NCBI GenBank assembly: GCA_002269645.1
Contig: NIVC01002295.1
Location: 62,001-126,000 of the forward strand
DNA: 64,000 nt
From: Macrostomum lignano
Lineage: Eukaryota
Direction of reading: 5' to 3'
Below are positions 1 through 10,260 of the stretch, one piece after another. Positions within the stretch are counted from its first letter, which is position 1; every line of letters begins with the position of its first letter. Made by a program: the position numbers and the translations under genes. The notes under the pieces are model-generated. The model was not told where the DNA came from. It saw only the letters and a program-made list of their open reading frames with translations, and searched no databases.

Positions 1-59
1 TCAATGGCATCCTGCAGTCCGTTGAATGTTGACAGCGATTGTATCTGACAGACTTTGGG

Positions 60-493
60 GATGCGTGAAAGGCAGTCCGCTACTACATTTGATTTGCCTT
101 TCACATAGTTGAGAGTGAAGTTGTAATCTTGTAGCGCTAGAATCCACTTCTGAAGTCGTTTTGAAATTGGCTGCTTGTCACTGAATAGACTCTTGAGTGG
201 CTGGTGATCAGTGAAGACGTGGAACTGTTGATAAGAAGCGTAGAGGAACACGTGTAGCTTCTTTATTGCCCAATAGATGGCGTATGCTTCGCGTTCGAAT
301 CGGTGGATAGCGTTGTTCAATTGAGCTTAACGTCTTAGAGATGTAGGCAACCGGGCGTTGGTGGTTGCTGTCGTCTAGCTGTGAGAGTACTGCTCCAATG
401 GCGGTATCCGAGGCATCAGTGTGAAGGAAGTACGGTTTTCGCGGATTTGGATGAACCAGTAGTATATCCGTAGAGAGAAGTTGTTTCAGCTTT
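60..493 (-). pseudogene. pol: RNase H domain of pol (one apparent 1-nt insertion near 300)
   Basis: Manual translation: FSTDILLVHPNPRKPYFLHTDASDTAIGAVLSQLDDSNHQRPVAYISKTLSSIEQRY, then after a frameshift EREAYAIYWAIKKLHVFLY..FHVFTDHQPLKSL..KRLQKWILALQDYNFTLNYVKGKSNVVADCLSR. Confidence 0.9.
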
Positions 494-1435
494 TCAAAGG
501 CTGTTTGCGGCGTTTGTCCAGACGAATTTGTTGGGTTTTGAAGTGTTTTTGATAATACTCAGAAGTGGTTGTACTACTCGTGAGTAGCCAGCAATGTGCG
601 TTCGGTAGAAATTTGCAAGTCCAAGGAAAGATTGTAGTTGTTTTACCGTTTGAGGCACAGGGAAGGTCTTGATTTTCTCGATGAGGCTGGGTGCGGGTCT
701 AATGCCTTGAGCAGAAACCACAAATCCAAGATATTGTACCTCTGTTTTAGCAAAGATGCATTTTCGTAGTGAAATTCGCAATCCATGATGTCGTAACTTT
801 TGGAAGAAGCGTTCGATTTCTTTGAGCATGCCGGTGAAGTCTTCGGCGATGAGCATGACGTCATCCAAGTAGGCAATCTGATTTGGAGAGTCAGCTGTTA
901 ACAATGCTACAAGACGGCACATTAAGCTAGGACTGGACTTGAGTCCTTGAGGTAGTCGATTGAATTCCCAAAGTAGGCCGTTGGGTGCAATGAACGCAGT
1001 GTATTTTGTGCTTTCTGGATCGATCCGAACTTGGTAGAAAGCATCTGCTAGGTCACAGAGTGTGTACAGTTTAGCGTTTTTCAATCGATGTAGCAAATCC
1101 GGAATCTTAGGAGGTCGGATGCTAGGAGCACGAATTAGCTTGTTCAGTTTTCGGTAATCCGTCACGAGTCTTAGTTGTCGGCGACCTTGAGCGTCGAGCG
1201 TCTTCTTTTCCACGAGAAGACATGGACTTGAGTATTCAGATTCACTCGGACTGATGATTCCTTTTGACGGAAGTTTTCGATAGTTCGTCAAACCGTTCTT
1301 GTAGTCATGAGCGATTGGATAGGGTCTGGACGTGACTGGCTCAGAGTGTGGGTGTAGATGCAGGTGAGCCGTGTATTGGGTAGAGCAACCCATGTCGGTT
1401 GGCAGTAGTGCCAAGACGTCACGGTACTTGTTCAT
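494..1435 (-). CDS. pol: Reverse transcriptase domain of pol (fragment between frameshifts)
   Basis: ORF 494..1435 contains SPCLLVEKK, LRLVTDYRKLN, DLADAFYQV, FNRLPQGLKSSP, AYLDDVML, KCIFAKTEVQYLGF and LQSFLGLANFYR. Confidence 0.95.
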   Translation of the reverse strand: MNKYRDVLALLPTDMGCSTQYTAHLHLHPHSEPVTSRPYPIAHDYKNGLTNYRKLPSKGIISPSESEYSSPCLLVEKKTLDAQGRRQLRLVTDYRKLNKLIRAPSIRPPKIPDLLHRLKNAKLYTLCDLADAFYQVRIDPESTKYTAFIAPNGLLWEFNRLPQGLKSSPSLMCRLVALLTADSPNQIAYLDDVMLIAEDFTGMLKEIERFFQKLRHHGLRISLRKCIFAKTEVQYLGFVVSAQGIRPAPSLIEKIKTFPVPQTVKQLQSFLGLANFYRTHIAGYSRVVQPLLSIIKNTSKPNKFVWTNAANSL

Positions 1436-1785
1436 TAGAGTAACTAATTGTTCACTCTGCTCGTTGAGAGGTGCTGGTTGGCTTGCTTGAGTTGAGTACG
1501 AATCATGTCAGTCGTTGGTGTTCTTGCTGCAGCGTGCGTAGATTGTTGATTTGAGCTGCTGGTCGTACGATGTTGTAGTCAGACATGTTAGCCAGATTTC
1601 CAATGACTTGTTGAGGATGCAAGGTTTGCGTTGTCAGCGACGGTTGGCAATTTCCACAGTGATAGTTTGTCCGTCCGGGTTGACAGAAACAAGGCAAGTT
1701 GGTATCATCAACTGGTGTTTCTGGATCGTGTGGTCCTTAGGGACGAACAGGACAGGAATCGTTGGCTCATGTCGAGAAGAGAGTT

Positions 1786-2263
1786 TCAGCGTGACTTGGT
1801 GGCGTTGTCTGTGGTGGTAACTCTAGCTTGTTTTGCATCACCGCAGAGGTTTCTTGCAACTGTTGGATGGAGTTGAGCATCGTGCAAATTGCTCATTGCC
1901 AGCTTAGCTGTCGCTTTCGAGTAGTCGAATTGTAGTGGTATTCCCAGTGACTTAAAGGTTTCTACTCCTAAGAGCAAATCATAGTCAGCGTCGGGGTGTC
2001 GAGCACAAAGGCCGATATCTTGTGGTTGCGTCCATCGATTTCGAGATCAAAAGTGCCTTTTTGTTGAGGTTTAGTTGTTGTCCTCCTGCACAAATGGCGT
2101 TCATGTTGGTGTCTTGTAGTGGTACTCGAAGCTTCTTTGGCGAATGCCGGTGAGATGCAGGAGATCGAGGCGCCGCTGTCAATGAGGGCGGTGCATCTGT
2201 GTCGAGTATGCGGTGCGTTGCGGCACACAGTTGATCATAGTTGGCTGTTGTTAGATGCTTCAA
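1786..2263 (-). pseudogene. pol: Retropepsin aspartic protease of pol (frameshifted)
   Basis: ORF 1968..2228 has RCTALIDSGASISCIS. The C-terminal motif (D)MLLGVETFKSLG continues in ORF 1786..1977. Confidence 0.85.
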
Positions 2264-2398
2264 AACAAAGGCGTATGAGTAGTTTGCTGGCCATTTTGGA
2301 ACTTTGGTTCTGGCGGTGGTCTCCGTGGTGGCGGAAGGGTGGCGCGAAGTTCAATCGTTTCGATGGGTGCCGAAGTGTTGGCGCTTGTCTCGGTGGTA

Positions 2399-5176
2399 TC
2401 AGTTGCTGTTGTTGGGTAGTCGTTTCGTGATTCCACTCGAGTTGGAGTTCGTTGTTGCCGCAGCACTTGTATAGTGTGCGTTCTGCCGTAACGGATGGTG
2501 CTGGCGACCGCAGAGTCGGCCAAGATTGCACACGAAGATAATAACGGCAATGTAGACGATTACAGCTGCTGTTAAGACGAACTTTTCTTGATAGTTTGCG
2601 ACTAGTCGATCCCAGTTGAATATCGACGAAGACCATAGATTGAAGAGAGCTAGTTTTGAGTCCAGGAATGCACTGTCAGCATGTGCTGTTCTGTGTCGTG
2701 TTCGATTCGGAAGTTTGAAAACTGTAATCAGAAAATCGCGAGTTTGCATGAACTGGTGCATTAGGTCGGTCACCGTTATTGGGCTACGAAGTGAAGTATA
2801 ATTGATATCTCCCATAGGTTTGAAGATGCTCTCGGAGACGGAAGTTTGCAAATCGGACAACCGATAGTTTTCATCGGATCTGACATTAGCGGTTGTGGGT
2901 TCAAATCTCGAAAAATTTAGTGTGGTCTTGAATAGCATCGATTGTTTAGGCAGGTAGTAGTATGGGAAGGCGTCGCATGAGATTAGAGCTGGAGTAGCTG
3001 TGGAGACAATACGAGTCGTTGTATCCAAAAATCCAAGAACAGTATAGTTTTGTAGGCGGAATTCCAGTGGGGGCGCGTGAAGCATTGGTTCGTCTTGTAC
3101 TTTGGTTGGACAAAGCGAACTGATGTAGGGTTTGCACTGGTAGACGAAGAGGTATCCAGCAATGGATCTAGCTCGCAAGAAAGGATCATTTAATAAGAGT
3201 CGAGCAGCGAGCGTTGGTTGTGTGTAGTATAACTGTCGATTGTACTTGAGATTAGTTGCGTACATCATGCATTGTGTAGTTGCAGCTGCCTCTGTACTTG
3301 GAGAAGGTCTTTTCGAGCTTTACTAGCAGCTCCTTGTAGTTGTCCAGCAAGAAGTTCAGCGGATGCGAACGTTGATGAAAGTTGCGCAGTAGAGTTGCCT
3401 GAAGGGGCTGCGATGGTTTTGTCATCTGTGCTTCGCTTGTTGCGTGGTAGTAGTAGGAGATCCGGTTGACTACCTTGTGGTTCGTGATGTGGAACTGCTA
3501 GATTCGTATGAATAGAAGCCAGTTGTGGATTGTTGTTGTCGCTGGTGAGTTGTGTGAAGGTTGAGGTTGCAGACTTTGCTGGTGCACTGGTTGTGCTGCT
3601 AGAGGTTGAGGTTGTTGGCGGTAAAGTGGTGGTGGTACGAGGTTGTGTCGTCACTTTTGTTGTCGTCGTAGTTGGACTGCTGTCGTTGTTGCTGCTGAGG
3701 TTGTAGCAGTTGTGGTTGTTGAAGTTGTCGGTGTTACGGTTGTGGTAGGTATTGTTGTCGTTGAGCTGGTGGTGTTGTCATTGTAGTCGGTGGTGTTGTT
3801 GTTGTAGTCGGTGTGTTGTCGTTGTAGTCGTGGGTGTTGTCGTTGTAGTCGGTGGTGTTGTCGTTGTCAAAATTGTAGTTGTTGGTGTTGATTTTGTAGT
3901 AGTTAGTATCGTAGTTGTTGGCGTCATTGTTGTAGAAGTGCTTGACGTCGGTGGATGATCAGGTCGTTCTTGTCGTAAAGGTTGCGGCGGTAGGAATTGT
4001 CGTGACTGTGTTGTCGTAGTGAAGGATGTTGAGTCGTCGATTGCTGAACTGGTAATATAGTTGGTGGCGTTGGTAGTATGGCTGGTGGTGAACGACGTTT
4101 TTGTCTCGAAGAAGTGGTTTCTTCGCTAATTTGAGGTTTTGGAGTAGCTTCTTCTAATGGGCTTCGTAAGGTGGCGAGAAATTCTGCTTCTTTGTTGTCG
4201 AGGATGTCTACGTATAGACCTTGCGTTGAAAGGTACAACGTCTTACGGACGCCAGTGCAGGTGAGAGTGTGAGTCGACGGCACTGGGTTGAAGGTTAGTC
4301 CCAATGTTTGGTCATTAGTTAAGAACAAGCCGGAGTTTAAGTTACCTTCAAGAGTACGAAATGGTTTTAAAGGACAATCAGCGAGCGGTGGAGGTGTCCA
4401 AATAAGATTTAGATGTCTTGGTCCTTTCACGTCAATTTGGTAGATTGCTTCAGTTTCCAAAGGATCCAGGGGGATGTTAGTATCGGCAAAGGTAGGTTGA
4501 AAGCTCGCATTTCTTGTGCAGTTGTTTTAATTGTACAAAATTTGTCGGCGAGTTTGCAGTTGTCATTGGGAAGGACAAAGATTCCATTTTTTGATCTGCT
4601 GTTGAGTAGGCTGGGATTCCGGTAATCACTGTTGTTACTATTTGTTCTGAATGGGAACAGGAGTGCAACGCATAGCATTTTGCGTGTTGAATGTCGATTG
4701 CAGGCGTTGGATAGACTGAGTTGACGCAGTCTTTAACACTAATGATCCATCAGGCGATAGCTTTGTTCGTGCCCAGTTTTCACAATCAGCTTGAGTGACT
4801 GGTTGCGGTTCCAACTCTACCAGGGCGGATGTCCAGGTTCTTATCACCGCCTTATCACATCTAATAGTGATTTTTTCGCGGAAACAGACAGTCATAACCA
4901 GGGAACTGGTTTCTACGTTCGTTGTGTAAAGTTCCAGTTTCAACGGGAGTGTCGGCGTTGTTTGGTGTTTGAGCTGTTCGCAACGGATCTCATGTGGTAT
5001 CGTGAAAATTCGTGGGATCTGGTTGTACGGACAGACCATTGGTGTGTCAATGAAGCCCTCGTGAGATTGTCTCTCAATCGATGGTGGGGTTGACGTCGTT
5101 ACCGGCGTAGCGTTGGCTAGTGCGAAGAGTGAAGTTGCTAGGCACAGGAGAAAAAGTGTCAGTAGTGATCGGCGAA
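2399..5176 (-). pseudogene. env: Env-like class III (herpes gB / chuvirus GP / rhabdovirus G-like) fusion glycoprotein, split across several frames by indels
   Basis: Signal-like segment RRSLLTLFLLCLATSLFALANA (~5110-5176). Cys-patterned ectodomain (VCPYNQIPRIFTIPHEIRC; VCFREKITIRCDKAVIRTW..QPVTQADCENW). Furin-type sites RQKRR and RNKR. gB-like helix AGQLQ..(C)MMYATNLKYNRQLYYTQPTLAARLLL..RARSIAGYLFVYQC. Sequons NST, NYT, NFS, NYT, NRT. C-terminal TM FVLTAAVIVYIAVIIFVCNL (~2520-2582). Confidence 0.75.
3590..3960 (-). repeat. Thr/Pro/Ser-rich mucin-like coding repeat inside the env-like gene
   Basis: Plus strand is (gtt/gtc/gtg/gta)-rich, giving ACN codons on the minus strand (TTTQPRTTTTLPPTTSTSSSTT and similar). 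Confidence 0.8.
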
Positions 5177-7019
5177 TTCCGACGGAAGCTTTCACGGTTT
5201 TCTCGCGGTTGTTGTTGCTGGTCGGTGGAGTGTAGGTGTCAGTCATTCTTTCAACCGTACAAAGGCGGATAGAGTTGATAGTCGCAGAAGCAGTAGTCGG
5301 TTTTTTGAGTAAGGATTTCAGCTGCTTAGCGTCTCCAGAGTAGCGAATTTCGTTTCCAAAAGTCGGTGGGCGTTCATCAACTGTAGCAATGTGCATCAGT
5401 TGGGCAGACTCGGGAGCGTCGTGAGTCGTCCATCCAATCTGCGGCTGTTGATTCCATCCTGGGTGGGACGTTTCAGGGTCCTGAGCAGTGATGGCGCGTA
5501 TCGGTGGATATTGTTGTTGCGCAAATCTCGGAGGTTGTCGTTGATTGTTGGCGCCGTTGTATCGAGGCGGATAGCGTTGCTGAGGCCGGTTTCCATAGTC
5601 TTGACGGGGTGGAAATCGTGATTGTTGTGTTGCCGGTGGACCGTAGCCTTGTGTACGTTGGGCTCGTAGTCGGCACTGGTTAATAGAGTGTCCTGGTTTT
5701 CGGCAATAGTTACAGGTCAATCGTGGCGGTCCCTGCTGGTAACGATTTCGCGGGGCATCAGAGCCGTATTGGGCTGTGTTCCTTCGATCACTTGAGTTAG
5801 GTCGGAAGGGACGAGGTTGTTGGTCATTCCTTCGACGACAGTCGGTGGCATAGTGTCCAGGTCGACCGCAATGAAAACAAGTGGGCTTCTGTTGCATATT
5901 AGCGATAGGTGGCTTGGTTTGTGTTTGCAGGGAGGCAACCACCTGCTGATTGGCTTCCTTCGTCGTTTTTTCTAAGGTAGTTAGACGCTCTGTGAGAGCT
6001 TTCAAGTCAGTGCCATCAGAGTCCATGGTGGAGTCGCGGATTTGTTCGGCGCGGATGGCCTTGTTGATTAGCGTACTTTCCGTGGTGATATTTTGCTTCA
6101 AGAGTTCTCGTTTGATGTAGGGTAGAGCATTATTGATAGTCGTAGCCATCAGGGTAGCAAGGAAGTCTCGGTTGCGCTGGTCGATGACAGCTTGGTTCGC
6201 GGGTGGTGTTTCCGGACCGGCACCTTCCGGAAATTCTTCCGGTATTTCCGGCATAGCTGACCTGAGCTTTCGACGAATATCGGTGAAATAAGACAGGAAC
6301 GGTTCGCCGTACTGTTGTTTCCGGGTTGTTGCATTATGCAGCGTTAGAGCCGAGCCAATGGTTACTTCCCGAAGGCGTTGAGACAGTGCCTCAATGGTGG
6401 CTGGATAAGAGGCTTGGACTGCGGCAGAGAGGCGACTATATTCGAGTTTAAGAAGGTCATTCAGTAGTCGCGGGAAGAGCCGAATCTTTGCGTTCTCCGA
6501 TAGTCCAAAGGAGCGTGTGATCAAGTCGAACTCTTCAGTGAAGGAACGGAAGTCATGCATTTGGTCGATTCCTTTCAGGGATTGACGAATTTCAGCAAGA
6601 GCAGTAGCTGAGACGGGATGGTTTGATTGCAATTGCAGACTGCGGTTCATAACATCAGTAAGTTCACGGACAGCATTTGTCGCTGCAGCATCAACATGGG
6701 GAGCGCCGTCCTGATCAGCCATATCTAGAGTAGATTCTTCAGCAATATCGTTTGGGGCTTGTTGAACTGTTTCGTCCGCGTCTGTTAGGATGGAACTGGG
6801 TGCTGGTGAGTGTGCACGGTTGTGTTCAAAATGATCCGCGAGAGGGTTATTAAACTCAACGTTATTTGGTATAAACAGGTTAGGTACTGGTGAACTATTT
6901 CGTGGGAGCTGTTCACCTATTTGGCGGTCAGAAGTTTCTAAATTTTGTTCAGGGGGTCTGTTAATATTTGAGCTTTGAAAAACTGGTCCGGAACGTAAAT
7001 CTCGGACAGGTGTGGTCAT
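4638..7019 (-). CDS. gag: Gag fused in frame to the Env-like N-terminus (likely ATG at 7019, MTTPVRDLRS)
   Basis: Single ORF 4638..7046. Capsid-like helical region (FRSFTEEFDLITRSFGLSENAKIRLF..RKQQYGEPFLSYFTDIRRKL), knuckles CFHCGRPGHYATDC (~5838-5879) and CNYCRKPGHSINQC (~5673-5714), a Q/R/P-rich linker, then a hydrophobic signal and Cys-rich ectodomain with no intervening stop. Confidence 0.9.
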   Translation of the reverse strand: MTTPVRDLRSGPVFQSSNINRPPEQNLETSDRQIGEQLPRNSSPVPNLFIPNNVEFNNPLADHFEHNRAHSPAPSSILTDADETVQQAPNDIAEESTLDMADQDGAPHVDAAATNAVRELTDVMNRSLQLQSNHPVSATALAEIRQSLKGIDQMHDFRSFTEEFDLITRSFGLSENAKIRLFPRLLNDLLKLEYSRLSAAVQASYPATIEALSQRLREVTIGSALTLHNATTRKQQYGEPFLSYFTDIRRKLRSAMPEIPEEFPEGAGPETPPANQAVIDQRNRDFLATLMATTINNALPYIKRELLKQNITTESTLINKAIRAEQIRDSTMDSDGTDLKALTERLTTLEKTTKEANQQVVASLQTQTKPPIANMQQKPTCFHCGRPGHYATDCRRRNDQQPRPFRPNSSDRRNTAQYGSDAPRNRYQQGPPRLTCNYCRKPGHSINQCRLRAQRTQGYGPPATQQSRFPPRQDYGNRPQQRYPPRYNGANNQRQPPRFAQQQYPPIRAITAQDPETSHPGWNQQPQIGWTTHDAPESAQLMHIATVDERPPTFGNEIRYSGDAKQLKSLLKKPTTASATINSIRLCTVERMTDTYTPPTSNNNREKTVKASVGIRRSLLTLFLLCLATSLFALANATPVTTSTPPSIERQSHEGFIDTPMVCPYNQIPRIFTIPHEIRCEQLKHQTTPTLPLKLELYTTNVETSSLVMTVCFREKITIRCDKAVIRTWTSALVELEPQPVTQADCENWARTKLSPDGSLVLKTASTQSIQRLQSTFNTQNAMRCTPVPIQNK

Positions 7020-10000
7020 TAACAAGAATTCAATCAATAATTTCAAGGCAACAATAGCACAAAAGTGTAACTAATAGCAAAGTAGAGTGTCAAATTCAAA
7101 GTGAGCAAACGGCAATGGCTTTCAGGGTTGCGGTTGGCGGACTGGCTGGGAAAGGGAGAAAAGGAGAGACTGTGTAATTTTTTAACTGTGATCTGCGACG
7201 AGCTTTGAAAATCGAAGTAATTTTGAATTGAACGGCCTTTTGATCGGTTCTGAAACTTTGAATTTTGAAATTTTGAACTCGGAAATCTTGAATTGAACTG
7301 CCGTTTGATCGGTTCTGAAACTTTGAAACTGAATTTGATAAAGGAGCTCCTGAATGTTGAACTAGACGGACATCAGTGGTGGCCAATAAAATCGAATTTG
7401 TATCATTGAAATCGGCAGTTTTCTTTTTCTTGAAGTCGGCAGTTTATTCTTTTGAAGTCGGCAGTTTTCTTCTGAGAATTTGTTCTGGCTTTTTGAATTT
7501 CGAATTTGAATTTTGAACTATCTGACGAGTTTCAGCTAGGGGGGTTGATTTCATAATTTTAAGCAAGCGTAGAGTAATGTTTTTGTAGTTTTGTAAATTT
7601 GCTATTTTTTAATTTTTGAAAATTTTATTATTTTTATTGATCGGACTGATCATTTTGCAAATTTTAACATGATAAGAGCACTACGGATTATACGAAATAA
7701 ACTATTAGCAATGGCATTGTTTTTGTATTTTCAAGTTTTATTATTTTTTGCGATCTAATGATCATTCTTGAGCTTTGTCATAAGCGAAGGGGATATGGGG
7801 TTACCAAAAAGCTCGCGCCACTGGCAGTATGGGGGAAAAATTGAGGTTATTTTGGTCTTAATCCATCATGCGAAACGGGAGGGGGCTAGGGACAGATCCC
7901 AGGGGAAGTCGGTTGTCAGAGAGTGCGGAAAAAACATCGCTGGGCCGGTGATGAAGTGGCATGATAAGGCTGGCCTGGACAGTTTGATGAGGAAAAAGAT
8001 TTTTTCGTGGGAAACGAAGTTGATTGATGGCTTTAATCAAGAAAGGGGATCTCTCTGGAGGGTCAAGTAGGCACGCAAAGTCTGATGTGGGCAGTTTGTT
8101 TAAGATTAATATTTATTGGAGGGAACTGGAGTTGATTAAACACGCAAGAAATTCCCAGCATCCCGAATGATCCATAGAAGGCAACTGCCAGAATCAGCAA
8201 TCCGAAAAAAAACTTGGGTCGATGAGGATTTGATGGATGGGGCTCGTGGGGTTTGCAAACAGTGAGTTTGGAGTGTTTAATCAAGAAAAGTAATGGTGGG
8301 CTAGGCAAGCGGTCTACGAAAATAGGAAAAGTTTTCCGGATGAAGCACGCAGGTTCGGCAAACAGTTGGTTGGGGCTTTAATCAAGGAAAATGATGAATG
8401 GTCAGGCAAGCAGCCTGTCTGATAAGCGAAAAAGTTTTCTGACAGCAAGAAATTGGTGGCTCCAGAGTTTGATTAATATTTGCTGTAGTGACTTCGTTTG
8501 AATAGCTCGTCAGGTTTTTTGCGTTTTCGTTCTTTCTTTCGGGCGCTTAACGGCGCAGAGAATCTGAGATAAGCCAGTTTTCTAGATGTGGCCACACACT
8601 GGGAAAAACCGAGGAGGAAAAACGAATGGCGCAGTCGCTTTGGAGAGTCTCATACTTGTATGAGGAAGTCCAGAGCAAACGTTGCTATTCTGTGGAAAAG
8701 CAATGAAGAAAGAGGCGTCCAACATTAAATAAACTTGAACAATTGATGATGCCGCGGTCTTTTGAAAAATCGAAGCTTTGAAGCTTTAACAATTGAGGAT
8801 CCGAATAACTGAATTGAATTTCTGCATTGAAGCTCTGAGGCTTGAGAATAAGAACTCGATATCAGACGTTCGACGACGTTTCTTGAATTGAAGTGAAATT
8901 GAAATTGTTCCGGAACGATAATTTATCCCGGGTAGCATTTTGACGTCAATTTGCGGTTGCGTTGACGTCGCAAAAATTACCTTCGCAAATCTATTCACCC
9001 CAGCCCGTCTTCGTTGATATTGTAGTTTATTTTTGCATAATTAGATGCCAGAGTCAATATGCATTTATATTCATCATTTTGCTAGCTCAATTATACCTGT
9101 AAAATAGCAAAGAAGTAACGTAAAATATTCGTTGAAAGTAGGTTGAAAAATCAACGTCAAACTTTAGTCATTATGGAACCCAAAATTTGACGTTTCTATG
9201 CTGCATTACTATATAATAACGTAGATTGAATGATTTTTATAACACTGAAAAAAGTAAGGGAAAAAGTAAGGCTCGTTTTTTTACAGTTTTATTTTGTTAA
9301 TACGTATCGTTAAAATCGTATATTTTTGAATAATTTGCTGCATGCTCAATCATGCCGATCAATGGGGGTTGTTTTTCACTAAGCTGTGTCAGGCAGCTAG
9401 GTATATGAAACTTCACGGTGATACAACACATCTTTCTGTTTGACTGAATTTTATTTTACATCTATATTTTGGCGGCCTTAAATATACCATAAGAAGTTTG
9501 ATGTTAGAAGGAGATAAATGCAATAGCAAAGCATAGCTAATGCAATGGTCTAGCTACTAATGATAATTAGCTAATTTAATTATAGAATCTTTTATTAAAG
9601 TTTCTAATTTTCCGTATACTACTTTACCTTATCTCATTTCTTATTCAGTACTGTATGTGATTTTTTATTCATAGGAATTATAAAGTAATATATTGGGCTA
9701 TATAGGCCCCTAAAATACTGCACTGATTAAAATTTACAAGTGATTAGAGTTAGGCATAATTCCTATCAGAATAATTATTGCATGGAAATTGAATTCTTAC
9801 CTATCAGACAACAAAGAACTGCTTGATTTTGGTGTCAATCTTAGGCCTAGCCTGGGATGTACAAAACTTATTAGTTAAACCAGTTTATTAAATAAACCAG
9901 TATCAACCTAATGAGTCTAAATTGATATTCTGTTCTAATTTTTGCTGGCACTAGAATTCAAAACTGCATCCAAGGTCTAATTTCAGGATGCCATTTTTTA

Positions 10001-10029
10001 ACCCAAAATAAAAGGAAAAAACAAGATAT

Positions 10030-10260
10030 AATATCCTATATACTAAAAATGGTCTGTCTGTGTCTATCTATCTATCTATCTATCTATCTATGTGATCGAT
10101 TAGAGAAAAAATGGCTGGACCGATTTTGTTCAAACTTGCACTGTTCGATCAGAAATTTTCCCGTGACTTCATATCTAAATTTCCACTTTAGGATGCAATT
10201 TGAAAGGTCAAGATTTACTAGCATCTCTAAAAAACATTAGGCATACTTGATATGAAGTTA
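10030..10260 (+). mobile_element. Possible non-autonomous Helitron/DINE-like 5' fragment nested in the CACTA element
   Basis: cctatatactaaaaatggtctgtctg followed by (ctat)n and ggctggaccgatttt resembles the 5' end-microsatellite-core layout of invertebrate non-autonomous rolling-circle elements; no 3' hairpin identified. Confidence 0.35.

Larger units (their letters stand above)
1..8600 (-). mobile_element. Ty3/gypsy-type LTR retroelement with internal env-like gene (order gag-env-PR-RT-RH); integrase and 3' LTR lie beyond the left edge; 5' boundary approximate
   Basis: On the minus strand: Gag with two CCHC knuckles, a glycoprotein-like region bounded by two hydrophobic segments, protease LIDSGA, RT YLDD, and RNase H TDAS..IGAVLSQ..PVAYISK. 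PR-RT-RH order and motifs fit Ty3/gypsy. LTR limits cannot be confirmed because the second LTR is outside the window. Confidence 0.88.

Noticed and set aside
7790-7830. Primer-binding site candidates for the env-bearing element (minus strand TGGCGCGAGC, TGGTAACCCC)
   Set aside because: Neither directly follows a verifiable LTR end or matches a tRNA 3' end I can confirm; the second LTR is outside the window.
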